A stretch of 63,349 bases of DNA, counting the filler, from Reticulomyxa filosa (taxonomy: Eukaryota; Protista; Foraminifera): the NCBI GenBank assembly GCA_000512085.1. It is 21 parts of 21 records of this genome, joined end to end, with 100 filler letters (N's around TTAATTAATTAA, not from the genome) between each part and the next. Parts side by side here need not be neighbours in the genome. Positions count along the whole stretch, not along the records: positions 17,460 to 26,746 come from ASPP01022531.1; positions 26,847 to 30,643 come from ASPP01004412.1; positions 30,744 to 31,777 come from ASPP01021932.1; positions 31,878 to 33,907 come from ASPP01029234.1; positions 34,008 to 39,550 come from ASPP01001609.1; 16 more parts are not named here. One strand, 5' to 3'. This document shows positions 26,401 to 38,579 of the stretch, in pieces. The notes below the pieces were generated by a model. That model saw nothing but the letters and a program-made list of their open reading frames with translations, had not been told where the DNA came from and searched no databases. Every line of letters begins with the position of its first letter. Position 1 is the first letter of the stretch. A program made the translations under genes and the position numbers.

Positions 26401-26746
26401 CAAAAGTGCATTCGAGCTGAAATAGCCTCAGCACCCCAGTTACATCATTGCCCATATTGGAAGAGACCACTGCAAATAAATATTGTTTCATGCGTTGCAA
26501 TTCAGAGTGCTGCAATAACATACGCTGCAAAAGTTTGACAACTTTTGCCTGAGTTTTCTTTGCCAATTTTTCTGGCCAAACCAAACAATACAATGATGCT
26601 TGTGCACTGTCTTTTTCAAATTGCCGTGTGCATAACAATGCCCGCAATAACAAACATTCAATTTCTTCTTCTGTTGTTGTTTTTTTGCAGATTAATACAT
26701 GTTCTGCTCGTGGAATCATTCCAATTGATTTATACAAATTCAAAAT
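17460..26746 (-). CDS. RNF213/mysterin-like giant AAA+ ATPase with C-terminal RZ-like zinc finger (multi-exon, both ends truncated, several frameshifts)
   Basis: Ordered motifs: RAEHVLIC; GMGKT; spliced LPTVLMGETGCGKT; FLDEFNTS; IIAACNPYR; YRVFPL; VSLR.VERC; LVGDPGTSKT; FQCTQES; LLDEIGLAERSKHSPLKVLHHLLE; SNRPLDAAKMNR; LYDMLNQRY; FFGRFERQ; then CRNRH..KCPDPWC. Confidence 0.9.
22896..22968 (-). repeat. 21-bp in-frame coding tandem repeat (~3.5 units, PKKDQTS)
   Basis: GCGACGTTTGGTCTTTTTTTG repeated on the + strand. Confidence 0.95.
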
Positions 26747-26846
26747 NNNNNNNNNNNNNNNNNNNNNNNNNNNNNNNNNNNNNNNNNNNNTTAATTAATT
26801 AANNNNNNNNNNNNNNNNNNNNNNNNNNNNNNNNNNNNNNNNNNNN

Positions 26847-26884
26847 ATATGTTTTAGGCGTTCAGTTTTCTTTGCAACCTACTG
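26847..26884 (-). mobile_element. Tc1/mariner-type terminus (TIR)
   Basis: Reverse complement reads TA|CAGTAGGTTGCAAAGAAAACTGAACGCCTAAAAC; same sequence at 39882-39920 and 63313-63349. Confidence 0.75.
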
Positions 26885-27423
26885 TACAATGATTGCATTT
26901 TCTTCTACTAAAAGATGATATTGTCAGTATTTATTTCCAAGACCATAGAAAGAGAACTTTCAATTGTTATAGTTATTCAAAAAATAATTTGTTCAACTTT
27001 TCCTTGCATATTCAGTTTCTAAATCATAATTTAAAAAGAAAAGCAAGTATGATTTTTTTATTGAATTAAATGATATAAATATGAAGTCTTTCAGATCTTT
27101 TTCAAATTTCTACGAATTATGTTGTTTTATTTCATTTTTATCCTAATATTGATGTGAAAGTAATTTAAAGAATAATTTTAATTTGTAAATCATTTATGTA
27201 ATGATCTTGTTGTGATGTTTATCTTTGGGATAAACACAAATTAACGCCACATCAAGACTATTGTTGCTATTGCCTTCTTTCCTTTCATTTTTTAAAAGTG
27301 AAAATCTAAACATATTATCCCTTGCGTACTTCATAATCGAACGGTTTTATCCATAATTTTGAGTACAAGTTTTCCTTTTTTAATCTTAATTATTTCATTG
27401 ATCACATTATCGAAGAAAAGAGA

Positions 27424-28783
27424 ATGACAACTTTTAGCAATGAAAAGGAAACTTTGACACAGCCAGCATTTGTAATTTTCATTCACTTTTTTAGCTAGTT
27501 ATTTTTATGTAGCTACATCCTTAGTTTCTGTTGTGTGATTTGGATAGACTCGATCAGAGGAAGAAATTAACTTAATTATCCAACATTGGATTCGAATATT
27601 ACACATTCGATTTGGATGGGTTCATGATCTTAACAAATTTGTTTTCAATTATGTTAGCCTTTTTATTTATTTATTTTTCATTCAAATGTCAAATATATAT
27701 TTAATTTTATATAACACAGACGATCACAATCTTCACGCTTGATTCGTTTTTTTCAAAGCCTAAATTTGTTAAAACATTCTATGAACACAGAAATTGCGTA
27801 AATAGTATTGATTATTCAATATTTAAATATTTAATAATTTTCATTTCCTTTGTTCTGGATCAATTGATAAGACAGTTCGTGTATGGGATTTAGATAACAA
27901 TGAACATATTCAATTATTTACTGGACATTTACGTACTGTACATTGTGTAAAATTTTCATTATATCATTATTATAACCATCATCGTAATGTTGTTTGTTCT
28001 TCATCAAATACCATTCGTTTTTGGGATTTCAAAAATAATCGACAATTGCAAATATTCGATAAGCATACTGGCAGTATTCGTGGTATTGCATTCTCAAGAT
28101 TTAATAGTTGTCGATATTTATGTTCTGGATCATTTGACAATACTGTTCGTTTATGGGATGTTGAAACATCCGAATCATTGCATGTTTTTAATGGACATGA
28201 AGATTATGTTCGATGTATTGATATTTCACCACTACAAAGTAATAATAATATCAATATGATTGGTGGTAATGGATATACAATTTGTTCTGGATCAGATGAT
28301 AAAACTATTCGAATATGGGATATTGAAACATTTAAACCATTAACCGTGTTCAAAGGACATACGTATTGGGTTAGGAGTGTAAAATATGGATCAAATAAAT
28401 TAGGAAGTATTTGTAGTGCAAACATAATATTATCCTGCTCAGAAGATAAATTTGTTTGTTTGTGGGATATCCGATCTGGTAAACAGATTCAAAAATTCCA
28501 TGGACATACACATGGTGTAACATGTGTCGAATATTCACCATTTGTAATAGATATCAAATTTAGTGGTAGTAGTTCAAATGTGATATGTTCTGGATCAATT
28601 GATAATACAATTCGTTTTTGGGATATTCGATCAAATAAGGGTGAATTGTATGTGATTAAAGGATATGACAGTGATCATGGAATATCATGTTTTAAATTTA
28701 TTTCATTAGGAGAGAATAAAAAAACAAATAATATTCATTTATGCTATGGTTCACACAATGGCCCAGTTCATGTTTGGGGATGA
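27424..28783 (+). pseudogene. Near full-length WD40-repeat gene with an 8-bp duplication frameshift
   Basis: MTTFSNEKET exon, EEEINLIIQHWIRILHIRFGWVHDLNK exon, then ~6-7 WD repeats ending GPVHVWG. AATATTTA duplicated at 27818-27833 breaks the frame. Confidence 0.85.
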
Positions 28784-29115
28784 ATATACCTGAATAAGGT
28801 TTTTTACGAATTTATTTCGCAAAGCATTCCATTGGTATGTAATATGACAAATCATTTCATTAACATTTCGAGACTACATTCATCCCTTTTGAGAAAGCAA
28901 ATATTTCTATCACTTGAAAGTTGTTTTAAAATATTAAAACATTATGAATGTTTGTTATATGAACAACTTAAAATATAATCCTGGTTGAATCAATACTATC
29001 AATTCAAATAGAATAAATGTAGTTGTAGCAGGATTAAATTAAATTTAAAATTTTTTTTTTTTTTTTTTTTTTAAAAAAAATTGAATCTCTGCTGCTTTTT
29101 TGTGACCAATTATAA

Positions 29116-30643
29116 TTAAAAAAGTTTATCACAATAATCAGAAAATACTGGTAACTCTTCTTTCAACCCTTTTTTTTTTCTTGTTTGCATTAAAAAATGA
29201 TAAGCATGTGTCCCTTCTTCCATTGGATTTCCAGGAATGATTCCCCAGTGACTGAATTTCATTTGAGGAACTGCTTTTCCGTTTGCGTTTTGTTTCAACA
29301 AAGCAGTAAATTCAAATGATTCCATGACACGTAACTGTGCTCTTACAACAACTAAATTTGTTTTTTGATATTTTTGAATCCGTTCGATTCCTGCACATTT
29401 GCTGTTCAAGGTATTGATGACTCTTTCTTGCACATCTGGAGGAGTGACAATATCCACCAAATATACTGGCTCCATAAGTCTCGGTCCACTGGCCAATTGG
29501 CAAGCATAACATACACGTCTGGCGCAAGGTATAATTTGTCCTGCACCACGATGGATCGCATCGGCATAAAGCATGACATCCTCTAAATTGAAGCGAACAC
29601 CACGAAGAGGATTCTCACACAAAACTCCAGAGTTGGTGACATGCATGAAAGCACCAACGACATAGTCTTTAATTTCGTTAAGATATTGTACCCCTTTGGT
29701 AACATCAACAAGTACATTAGCCACTCCATCTGGAGGGCATCCAAATGTCCAAATTTTCCGAGCCTCTCCAATATCCCACAAATACTTGTTTGCCAAGTCA
29801 CGAGCAAATACTTTAATATCTGGGACTTTCCCAGTTGGAATATCTCCTGTTTCAATGCCTTTCACAAATGCCTCCTGCAAAGGAGTCGCCCACATGTACA
29901 ATCGGTTATGCTTGTTCGGGGACTTTGATAAGCAGGTCTTGGGATGAATGAGATCACTTCCAGTACGCATCGTAACTGTTTCTGTAAGGAGCACAAAAGG
30001 ATCAGTTATATTTATATCTGCCCCTCTCATCGTGTAATCCTCACGCAATGTCTTCAAGCAACAATTCAAATGAAACTCTCCTGCACTAGAAAGTATATGC
30101 TGTCCGGATTTATCAATAGATACCCGTGCTGAGGGCTCCAACTGACTCAATCGTTTCAATCCTTGCACAAGACGGGGCAAATCCGCTGGAGATTTGGAGT
30201 CAATGGCCACTTGCACAACAGCAGCCTTTGCGGCGGCGGAATAGAAGGTGTTTCGGAATGGATAGAATTCATTACTATCAGTCAACGTCCCTGAATTCAA
30301 TAAAAATTGATCCACATTCAATATTGTGCATACATTCCCAGCTGGGCAGTCGTTAATTGGCTCGGGTTCGTACGTATATCCTCTCGCTCCGATCCAACCG
30401 ATGCTCCCAACTTTCTTCACATATAAATCTCGTTTTGTATTGTATTCGTAATCTGGTCCCAAAATTCGAACTTTTTCACTTTTTGTGATTGTCCCACTAA
30501 ACACTCGACCAAATGCATAACACCTTTGTCCATAATCTCCAAAAGGTACCATTTTGGCAACGTATACTGACATGGGTCCACTCGCATCGCACTTTGCCAC
30601 GGCAGCTGCTTCGAGAGTGTCCAAAGGGCCACTGTACAAGTTG
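29116..30643 (-). CDS. EEF2: Elongation factor 2-like protein (domains II-V), divergent paralogue, 5' truncated
   Basis: YAFGRVFSGT, DLPRLVQGLKRL, SKSPNKHNRLYM, EARKIWTFG, KGVQYLNEIKD, ADAIHRGAGQIIP (diphthamide His), RLMEPVYLV, C-terminal YCDKLF. Confidence 0.93.
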
Positions 30644-30743
30644 NNNNNNNNNNNNNNNNNNNNNNNNNNNNNNNNNNNNNNNNNNNNTTAATTAATTAAN
30701 NNNNNNNNNNNNNNNNNNNNNNNNNNNNNNNNNNNNNNNNNNN

Positions 30744-31380
30744 CGTTGGTTGTTCCGTTGGATGTTCCGTCGGCTGTTTTGTTGGTCTTTCAGTTGGTCG
30801 TTTGGTTGGAGCGAACGTCGGAAAGTCAAAATGTCCACTTACAACAGGAGAGCCTTTTCATTTTCAAAAACAGAAATAGCATTTTTTTAAAAAAAAGAAA
30901 TGATTTTGCAAAAAAAAAAAAATCATATTGCCATATACGTGTATGTATGTATAATGTATATTTTAGTGCCTGTTGGTGCAAGTGTGGTCAATTTGGTGGG
31001 TTGCATCGAAGGCGAGTGGGTCGTTGGTTGCGTTGCTATATTTATCATTACAAGCAAACAAACACAAAAAATGTATGCACCCAATAGAGCCTCGTTAATT
31101 ATAGAAACGATCTTCAAGCAAAGGGGGGGAAGAGCAAATGAAAAAAAAAAACAGTACGTTGGATTGCACATTTGAAAGTTGTCCCTCCCTCTCTATTTTT
31201 CCAACACACTATTAGAAATATAACTTGGTGATGCCGTGGTATTTTCCATGCAAGGCTCGCAGTCTATAGATGAGCCAACAAAAACGAATTAAGTTTGTAG
31301 TTTCCGAGGGGGGGGGGTAAAAAAAAGTATTATTATTGCAACGAGCTCAAAAACGCTATAATAAGAGATGAGCAAGAAGC
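30744..31380 (-). CDS. Pro/Thr (PT)-repeat mucin-like protein, multi-exon, partial
   Basis: Exons encode ATQPTTHSPSMQPTKLTTLAPT and PTFAPTKRPTERPTKQPTEHPTEQPT; hydrophobic start MLLAHLIIAFLSS. Confidence 0.55.
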
Positions 31381-34007
31381 ATTAAAAAGATACTTAACTA
31401 GGATCATAACACATCCACAGTAATTCTATGCTGTTTTGTTTTTTAATGTTTTTTGTTGTTATTATTGTTGTTGAGAGGGAAAAAAAAGTTTGAAGCAACA
31501 CGGAAACGAAAAATTAGGGTTTTTTTTTTTTTTTTTTGAGTGCAATGGGTTCATTTCCTTACCAGTTCTTGCCTTGACTACACATTCTCTGAGTTGCGGT
31601 GGTTGCCAAATAGCTTCCAAAATTTTGTAAACGCACCCAATCGTTATAAAACAAACAATCAATCACATTAGACATATTGTGTGGCAATGCCCATCCACGA
31701 CTCGTATCTTGTGCTAAACATCCAGTTGGTATCTAAACATTACAAAAAAAAAAAAAAAAAAGGTTTGTAATTGTACCNNNNNNNNNNNNNNNNNNNNNNN
31801 NNNNNNNNNNNNNNNNNNNNNTTAATTAATTAANNNNNNNNNNNNNNNNNNNNNNNNNNNNNNNNNNNNNNNNNNNNATAGTAAGGATTGAAATTGGGAC
31901 AGGCGATCATTCCTTGTGAATTACAACAAAGAATATTGAATACAATCAGCACAACTATCCACGTAAAGATATTTCAGTGATATCTCAATTGTCTCGAATA
32001 AATACATTTGGATTTTTACAAGGACATGAATCGATGAATTCATCACATCCAATTGTGTCTGTATATTTCACTCATTTGACATTTCAAGAATAACTTGCTG
32101 CTTATTATTTGGTCAATTGTTTGTATCAAATCAAATCAATCAAAACAACATGAACCAAGTATGATATCCACTTGTGTAAAATCTATCAAATTAAGATAAT
32201 TCAAACACAATCGGGCGTACGTACTAATAGCAGATTAACAAGACATAGAGCAATTGGATCTATTACAGTATTTATGTATTTCAGCAGAAGCTTCAAATAT
32301 TGTTATTTGATGCTACAAACAATGTATTCTGATGTGTGCAGATTTATTTTGTAGAATATCAGTGAAATTGAATGAATAACAATTGGACGATATTATTGAA
32401 TCGCTCATGGGTGAACTTCATGCTAAGAGAAATTCACGAAAGATCTGCAGAATCAAAGTCTTGTAATATCGAATGAGTGGTTTAACGCATCTTTTCGGTT
32501 GCTAATTCATTCCACCAGTTTCCGCAGAAATTAGTTCTTATGCATTTTGGATTCATTCGATATTGGATTTGCTAATCAGGAAAGGTAATACTTGCTTCAA
32601 CATTTTTAATGTGTCTTCTTCTTCATTTGAGGTTCCACCATTTGGATTTAGCGTGTTCAGTCCTTGTAAAAATAACACATGTTAAGTGTTTCAAGATGTT
32701 CAGAGCCACCAGACATGCAAAGATATCTCCACTTACAATTTCTCAATCTTTTATCTAATTAATTTCATAACGTATATCGTGTGGTGTGGGCTGCATTGCT
32801 TGATTATATACAGCAATGTCACGATATCTTTGCATTCTTTCGACATAGTCATATCATTGAAATATCAAGAGTGTCTATAGTACACAACATACAATTTTTT
32901 TGCTTTTATTTTTGTTTGCAAATGTAGAGAAATCGCAATACCTTTGTCGCCATTCCAATGTACTGACTATGTGTTTGTGTATTATGTACATTGCAATCGT
33001 TTTACACTTTATTTTTTTTGATTGGGTGAAAAAAGATACAATCTCAAAAAAAAAAAATTGATTGGTTGCCTTTTGATTTATAGAAAAGTGAACAAGGTGT
33101 GAAACCCCTACAAAAAAGATACCTGTACAAATTCAATCTCGTATGAATACGCTTGTCGTCATCCCACACGCTCCACAGCACTACTTAAAGGAAGATTGCT
33201 CTTTGAACCAAGTAATAATTGGCCGGAGCTTTGGTTAGATGGGCACCACGGCCGCGTCATACGAGAGAAAGGCAACGACGTCGACACAGGGTAAGCATGC
33301 AATTGAAACAAAACGTTAGCACATTGCACCAATATCTCGTCATTGTTAATGTGCATGATATAAAGAAAGATTATCAGCGACAAGCATGAAGAGGGAGAGG
33401 ACAGAGAAAAAAGTTCGTCGAAACATAAATTAGTAATATTTGAAGTTAAAACAATTAAAAAGATAAACAACTAAAAAGTTGAGTAATTTTGAGAAATAAA
33501 AATTGAAAAGCCAATTTTTTTTGGATTTGATAGCGAATTAAATAAACGCAGTGGAACGGGTCATGAGAATATATATAAAAAAATTTTTTTAATTGTTGTA
33601 AATGATCTTTAAAGTACGGACAGCTATTGAACAGCAAACAAAAAAAAAAAAAAGATGAAAAAGAACGTATCATTTTTGGTGTAGCACTTTGGCTGTGTTG
33701 CTGGTATTGGTAATGACCGTCGACAAGAATACATGTCCGTCGAACGACTCTCGCATTAGATGCAATCAAGTGCAAAACTGTTCGACAGAAGGCTGGGCGT
33801 GTGTGAGTGCCAGCAAATCGACACGACGAGGAGTTGTTAGTGGAAAACTGCTGACGAATGCGGCCACACTCACATACCGCGTAGTGTTCCACAACAACAC
33901 ATTAACTNNNNNNNNNNNNNNNNNNNNNNNNNNNNNNNNNNNNNNNNNNNNTTAATTAATTAANNNNNNNNNNNNNNNNNNNNNNNNNNNNNNNNNNNNN
34001 NNNNNNN

Positions 34008-35564
34008 ATTGACTGGGAGTATGCTTTTGGTTATGCCCAAAGATTGGGATTAGACGCTAGCGAAGTTGATTTGTTGAAGATAGTGGCCGTCGAAAAATTA
34101 GGAAGACAAGCAGCTTGGCGCGTGTACGACAAAGTGTGGGAAGTCACACCTGGAGTTTCGCGTGTTTTTTTTTTTTTTTTTGGAATACGTAAGAATTTTT
34201 AAAATATGCACGCATTCTCACAGTTCATTCCTTATTCAGTGAAATCGAAGATGGCTTACAGCGCTGAAAACAAATTGTACGGAATGATCGGAACCACCGT
34301 AGAAACCGCCTGGAAGGGAGTGGAACAAGGTTTCAACAAAGTGGCTGACGGTTTGAGCGAGATCATGGACAAGGCCATTGATCCCTTGAAAGAGATGTTT
34401 GAAAAGGTGTTGACCCCTTGCAAGGAGTTTGTTGAAAGCAAATTGAGTGGAAAAAAAGAGGAGGAATCTTCCGAGAACAAGGACGACATTGACGAATTGT
34501 TAAAACAAGTTAGGGCTGATCGATTCCCTCCTTTGAAGGATGCTATTGCAGCTTTGGCCGACGGAGCAAGCGTAACGGAGACGTGCAGAAAGACACAAGA
34601 CAGAATTAGTGACTTGGATTGCACTTGGAAATATGTTCCTTATATTCAATATCCTTCTGGAGATCCAATTTTGGAGTGGTTCCCACCAATTGAAAACATC
34701 GTTGAAAAGCATCACCGATTAACCGTTGCCATGCTTGATGTTGTGTATGTTTTGGGAAGAGGCCTTTGCCGTGCTCTTGAACCTTTATGTGAATACGTTG
34801 ACAAAGCTGCGTCGAGCTTTGATGAAAAAACCCACGAAGAGGAATTGAGAAAAGCAGTTTGGACCGGAGGTAAAAAATTGGCGGTTGATTACTTCTCGCT
34901 GCCTTATACAACTTGGAGAGCTTGCTGGTGGTGCGGAAGTGATATCACTCAACAGGTCCTTACTTTTTGCAAGGAAACCGTCAATTTGGAAGCTGATCTG
35001 TTGGGCAGTGCAGCTGCTAATTGGAAACCAACCAGTTCAAAAGATGCCAAGGAAAAATTTGCCGCAGCACTCAAGGACGCTTTGGATGCATTTATTGGTG
35101 ATCGTACTTACATTTTAGTGACTTTAATTCGTGACGCATCCATCCAATTGGTTGTTGACTTATTTAACGAAATGTTTGGTGAAACAATCAACAAAATCGC
35201 TGAAGTCTTAAATGATTTGGTGTCGAAATTGCCTCCTCCTTTGAGCGATCTGAAACCAGGTGACATTGTTGCCGGCATTTTCCAAACTTTGGTTGCTCAA
35301 GCTTCAACCACGGCCGTGAAATACTGGGCAAGAAAAGCTGAACGATTTATTGCAGATCCTGGTGCTGGAGAACCAACGCCATGGAAAGAAGAACTTGCCA
35401 AGAAATTCCGAGTTGCACCAAGAATACGTCGTGATGATGACGACAATTCCAAACCGGAAGTGAATGAAGAAGACAAAAAGCGAAACGAAAAACCAAACAA
35501 AGGAGGAGAAGGAGCCACTGAAACAGCAACTGCTCCTGGTACTGCTGAAACAACCCAATCTTAA
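34008..35564 (+). CDS. Hypothetical alpha-helical protein, 3' part
   Basis: 452-aa ORF with clear coding composition plus an upstream exon (34008-~34162) and poly-T intron; family not recognised. Confidence 0.8.
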
Positions 35565-36236
35565 AAGACGCAAACCTGTTAGATACGGTCAAAAATTTCT
35601 TGGGGGTTAGGAATAGTTTTTGTTTAAAGTTTGTCATGTTAATTCAAATTAAGACATTTTGGCCTCCAAAATGAAGACATTTGTTAAAACGATTCTTTTT
35701 AACCTTGTTCATAATTCAAACTAATTCGGGTAAAATATTATTTCTCGGCATTTGCAACTCAAATTTTTAAAAAGCTGCTTAGAGGTAACATAGAAATGTT
35801 GCATGCACAAGGTATTCGTATATCAATTGTTCAAAACAGAGTTTTACATTGGTTTTTTCCTTTATCGTATCTTTTTTCTTTTTTGGCTTCATTAGCTTCT
35901 AACAAAATGAAATAAGTGTCAGAAAAATACATTTCTTATATAAAGATATTGTTGGTATAAATTTGCAAAGAGACAATTTACAAAAAACCCTTCAGCAAAT
36001 TTGGAAAAGTTGCATAGTGAGACAGCATTGAGAAAAGCTACAAAAATTGTTCAAAGGGTATGGACATTTAATTTCGGTATAAGCACGAAGCCGAAAATTC
36101 TTTGCAAAAAATGGAAAAGAGTTTCAATGAAAATTTGATAGTTGAAAGATACCAAAAAGTAATATCTTTTTTGTTTTCTCACAGAATAAAAGCATGAACG
36201 ACGCTACATAAATAAGAAAAGAATAGCACAATAACG

Positions 36237-36415
36237 TGTAGGAACAGTTGTAGCGGCTAAGTGTAGTCAAGGAACGTAGTTCCGAAAGTAAATCTCAGTA
36301 AAAAGAAAGAAATTAATAAGAATAATTACAACGAAATAAAGGAAAGAGCAAAAGACAAGAGAGAGTTGTGTTTGTGAAGAAAGTTTAGCCCAGGGTTCTA
36401 GGGATTTACCCTACA
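36237..36415 (-). mobile_element. Solo LTR (same family), no intact TSD
   Basis: TGTAGG...CCTACA ends; reverse complement aligns to 16606-16817 (AAACTTTCTTCACAAACACAACT; GGAACTA..TTCCTT..TACACTTAG). Confidence 0.8.
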
Positions 36416-36435
36416 CTGTAAGAAGAACATAAATT

Positions 36436-36666
36436 TGTGGGACGTCTGCTTCTAACAGTCCACACTAACTGTAATACAGGTTTGCTACTTAAAGAAAGTG
36501 TAAATTCAGTGAAACAAAATCAAATTAAATAAGTAAAACGTAAATTGAGAAGAAATGAAAGGAAAGAGACAAGGAGAAAGAATTAAGTTGTGAAGAAAGT
36601 TTAGCCTACTGGGGATTCCTCAGTTCCATTTACGTTAAAGTGTTTACAGTAGGGACTTGTCCTACA
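36436..36666 (-). mobile_element. Solo LTR (same family) with perfect AATT TSD
   Basis: AATT|TGTGGGAC...GTCCTACA|AATT; shares TGTGAAGAAAGTTTAGCC with the adjacent LTR. Confidence 0.88.
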
Positions 36667-37289
36667 AATTGTACGACATTAAGCTTGAGATATAGCTATA
36701 GTTTTCATTTAATTAACCAATAACTAGTGTCAACTACCATTTAAACTATGTGTACGATACTTCTACTGCTGTTGGAAACTTTTCCAAATGACTTGCGATT
36801 CATTTTTGTTGCATCGTTTTCTGGCTAATTCTTTTTTTAGATCAAAAAATATTGTAAAAAAAAATTGCGTTTGAATGTCATTTTTTTATTCTTGTTCTTT
36901 TGCATAGTTAGATATTTTTTTAAAGTTTGACTAAATACCAAAAAATTCAACCACAGAATGTCCACTTTTTGTAAAACAGTATTCATGAATAGTAGTTTGA
37001 AAAACCTAAAATGCTACCTCATACATATTTTCAACGTTTCTTATAAAAAGATCAAAGCTTTAATTTTTGTTTAAAGCGTTTTAACTAACCTTTTTCGCAG
37101 AAAATCAAAGGGATAAGTTATCGGATAAAGTTTATAGTAACGCAAAAATTATTACGTGTTGAAACAATTTCAAATTTAGTTGAACAGAAGGCTTACGTCG
37201 TGCTTATCGTGAAGAAAGTTGAGGAGCGGCTTACAAGAAAAAGGGTTAACATAAAAAAATTGTTGAGAATCAAGAGCTTGACTTACTCT

Positions 37290-38548
37290 ATGTCCATGGA
37301 ACAAAAGATAGAAGAAAAAGAAGTGCAAAATGAAATAAATAAGCTGAAACAGTGCGTGATTTTATTTGTGAATGATAAAATTTTGACCTAACGTGCTCTT
37401 TTCTTGTGAAACGTGGAGTGTAGTAGTGTGCTTGGACGGGAAAAAAAACCAACTCAACACAAAAAAAACAACAACAAAAATACTTTCCAACAGAGCGAGT
37501 GATGAGAAATCGGCAAAAAAATTTGAAACGGGTCAATTAGTTGTATATTATGACGAAAAACTGAATTTGTGGAAAAAAGGTACAATTAAATTTTCAATTT
37601 TTTTTGGGAGACTCAAAAAAAAAAAAATATATATATATGTATATGTGTGCAATGCATTTATGTTCATTGCCAAGGTGTTGTAAGTAATTTTGTCGATCCG
37701 GAGTACAAAGTTGCATGGGGAGGAGGATGGTCATGGGTGGATAAGAATAACTTACAATTAGATGATGGAACAATTCCCAAAAAGCAAACGTCCAGCCGGA
37801 GCCTTTCGGTTTCGAACATTGAAGACTTGCAAGTAATAGGATTGTACATTATTACAACTCTGTGATAGTTGTAGTATACGTATTTTCTTCCTATTTACAT
37901 ATTACGTATATATTTATTATATCTTACATACATATATAATTGTTGGGACTATTCACAGGCTGCAATGATCGAAGCAGTGGATTGGTCTCGCTTTTCTGAT
38001 TTTTTGTCAGACGTTGTAATCACCAAAATATGGGAAAGAGTCGATTTAAATTTCGATGGATTCTTGGTACAAAAAATGCATATATAACTTACTTTCCTTT
38101 TGTGCAAAGATTGAAAAGAAAGAGATTGAGAAATGACTTTTTTTTTTTTTTTTTTTTTTGTAACTGTCGAAATGTGCAACACGTGTGATATGTATGTGAC
38201 TATGAGGACAGGACATTAAAGAATTGGAAAGCTTGTTGCACCAATTAATCCAAATATTTTTAGGCAAATCGGGTATTGTCAGTGACTTTATTGGACCAGA
38301 AGTAACAAAACCATTTGTTGGTACGTACTTGTGCGACCTTTTTTTTTTTTTGATTTGACTGTTATATACACCTTATGTTCGTTTGAGAGCACAGCAATGC
38401 TGCGTGAAAGCATACTATCAAATTTGGACTACGACAAAGACCAAAGGATCTCCTTTCAAGAATTCAAACATTTTTCATTGTGGGTGCCCCGCGCAATGGT
38501 CCATTTTAAACTTTTTTCATTGCTTTCATAGTGAGGATGCACTCTCTA

Positions 38549-38579
<31 letters not shown>

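Noticed and set aside
30744-30825. 12-bp periodic repeat as a CRISPR-like array
   Set aside because: Encodes xPTx peptide repeats on the minus strand; no unique spacers.
31878-32900. Cys-rich fragments as a RING/IBR gene
   Set aside because: Too fragmented to establish ligand spacing.
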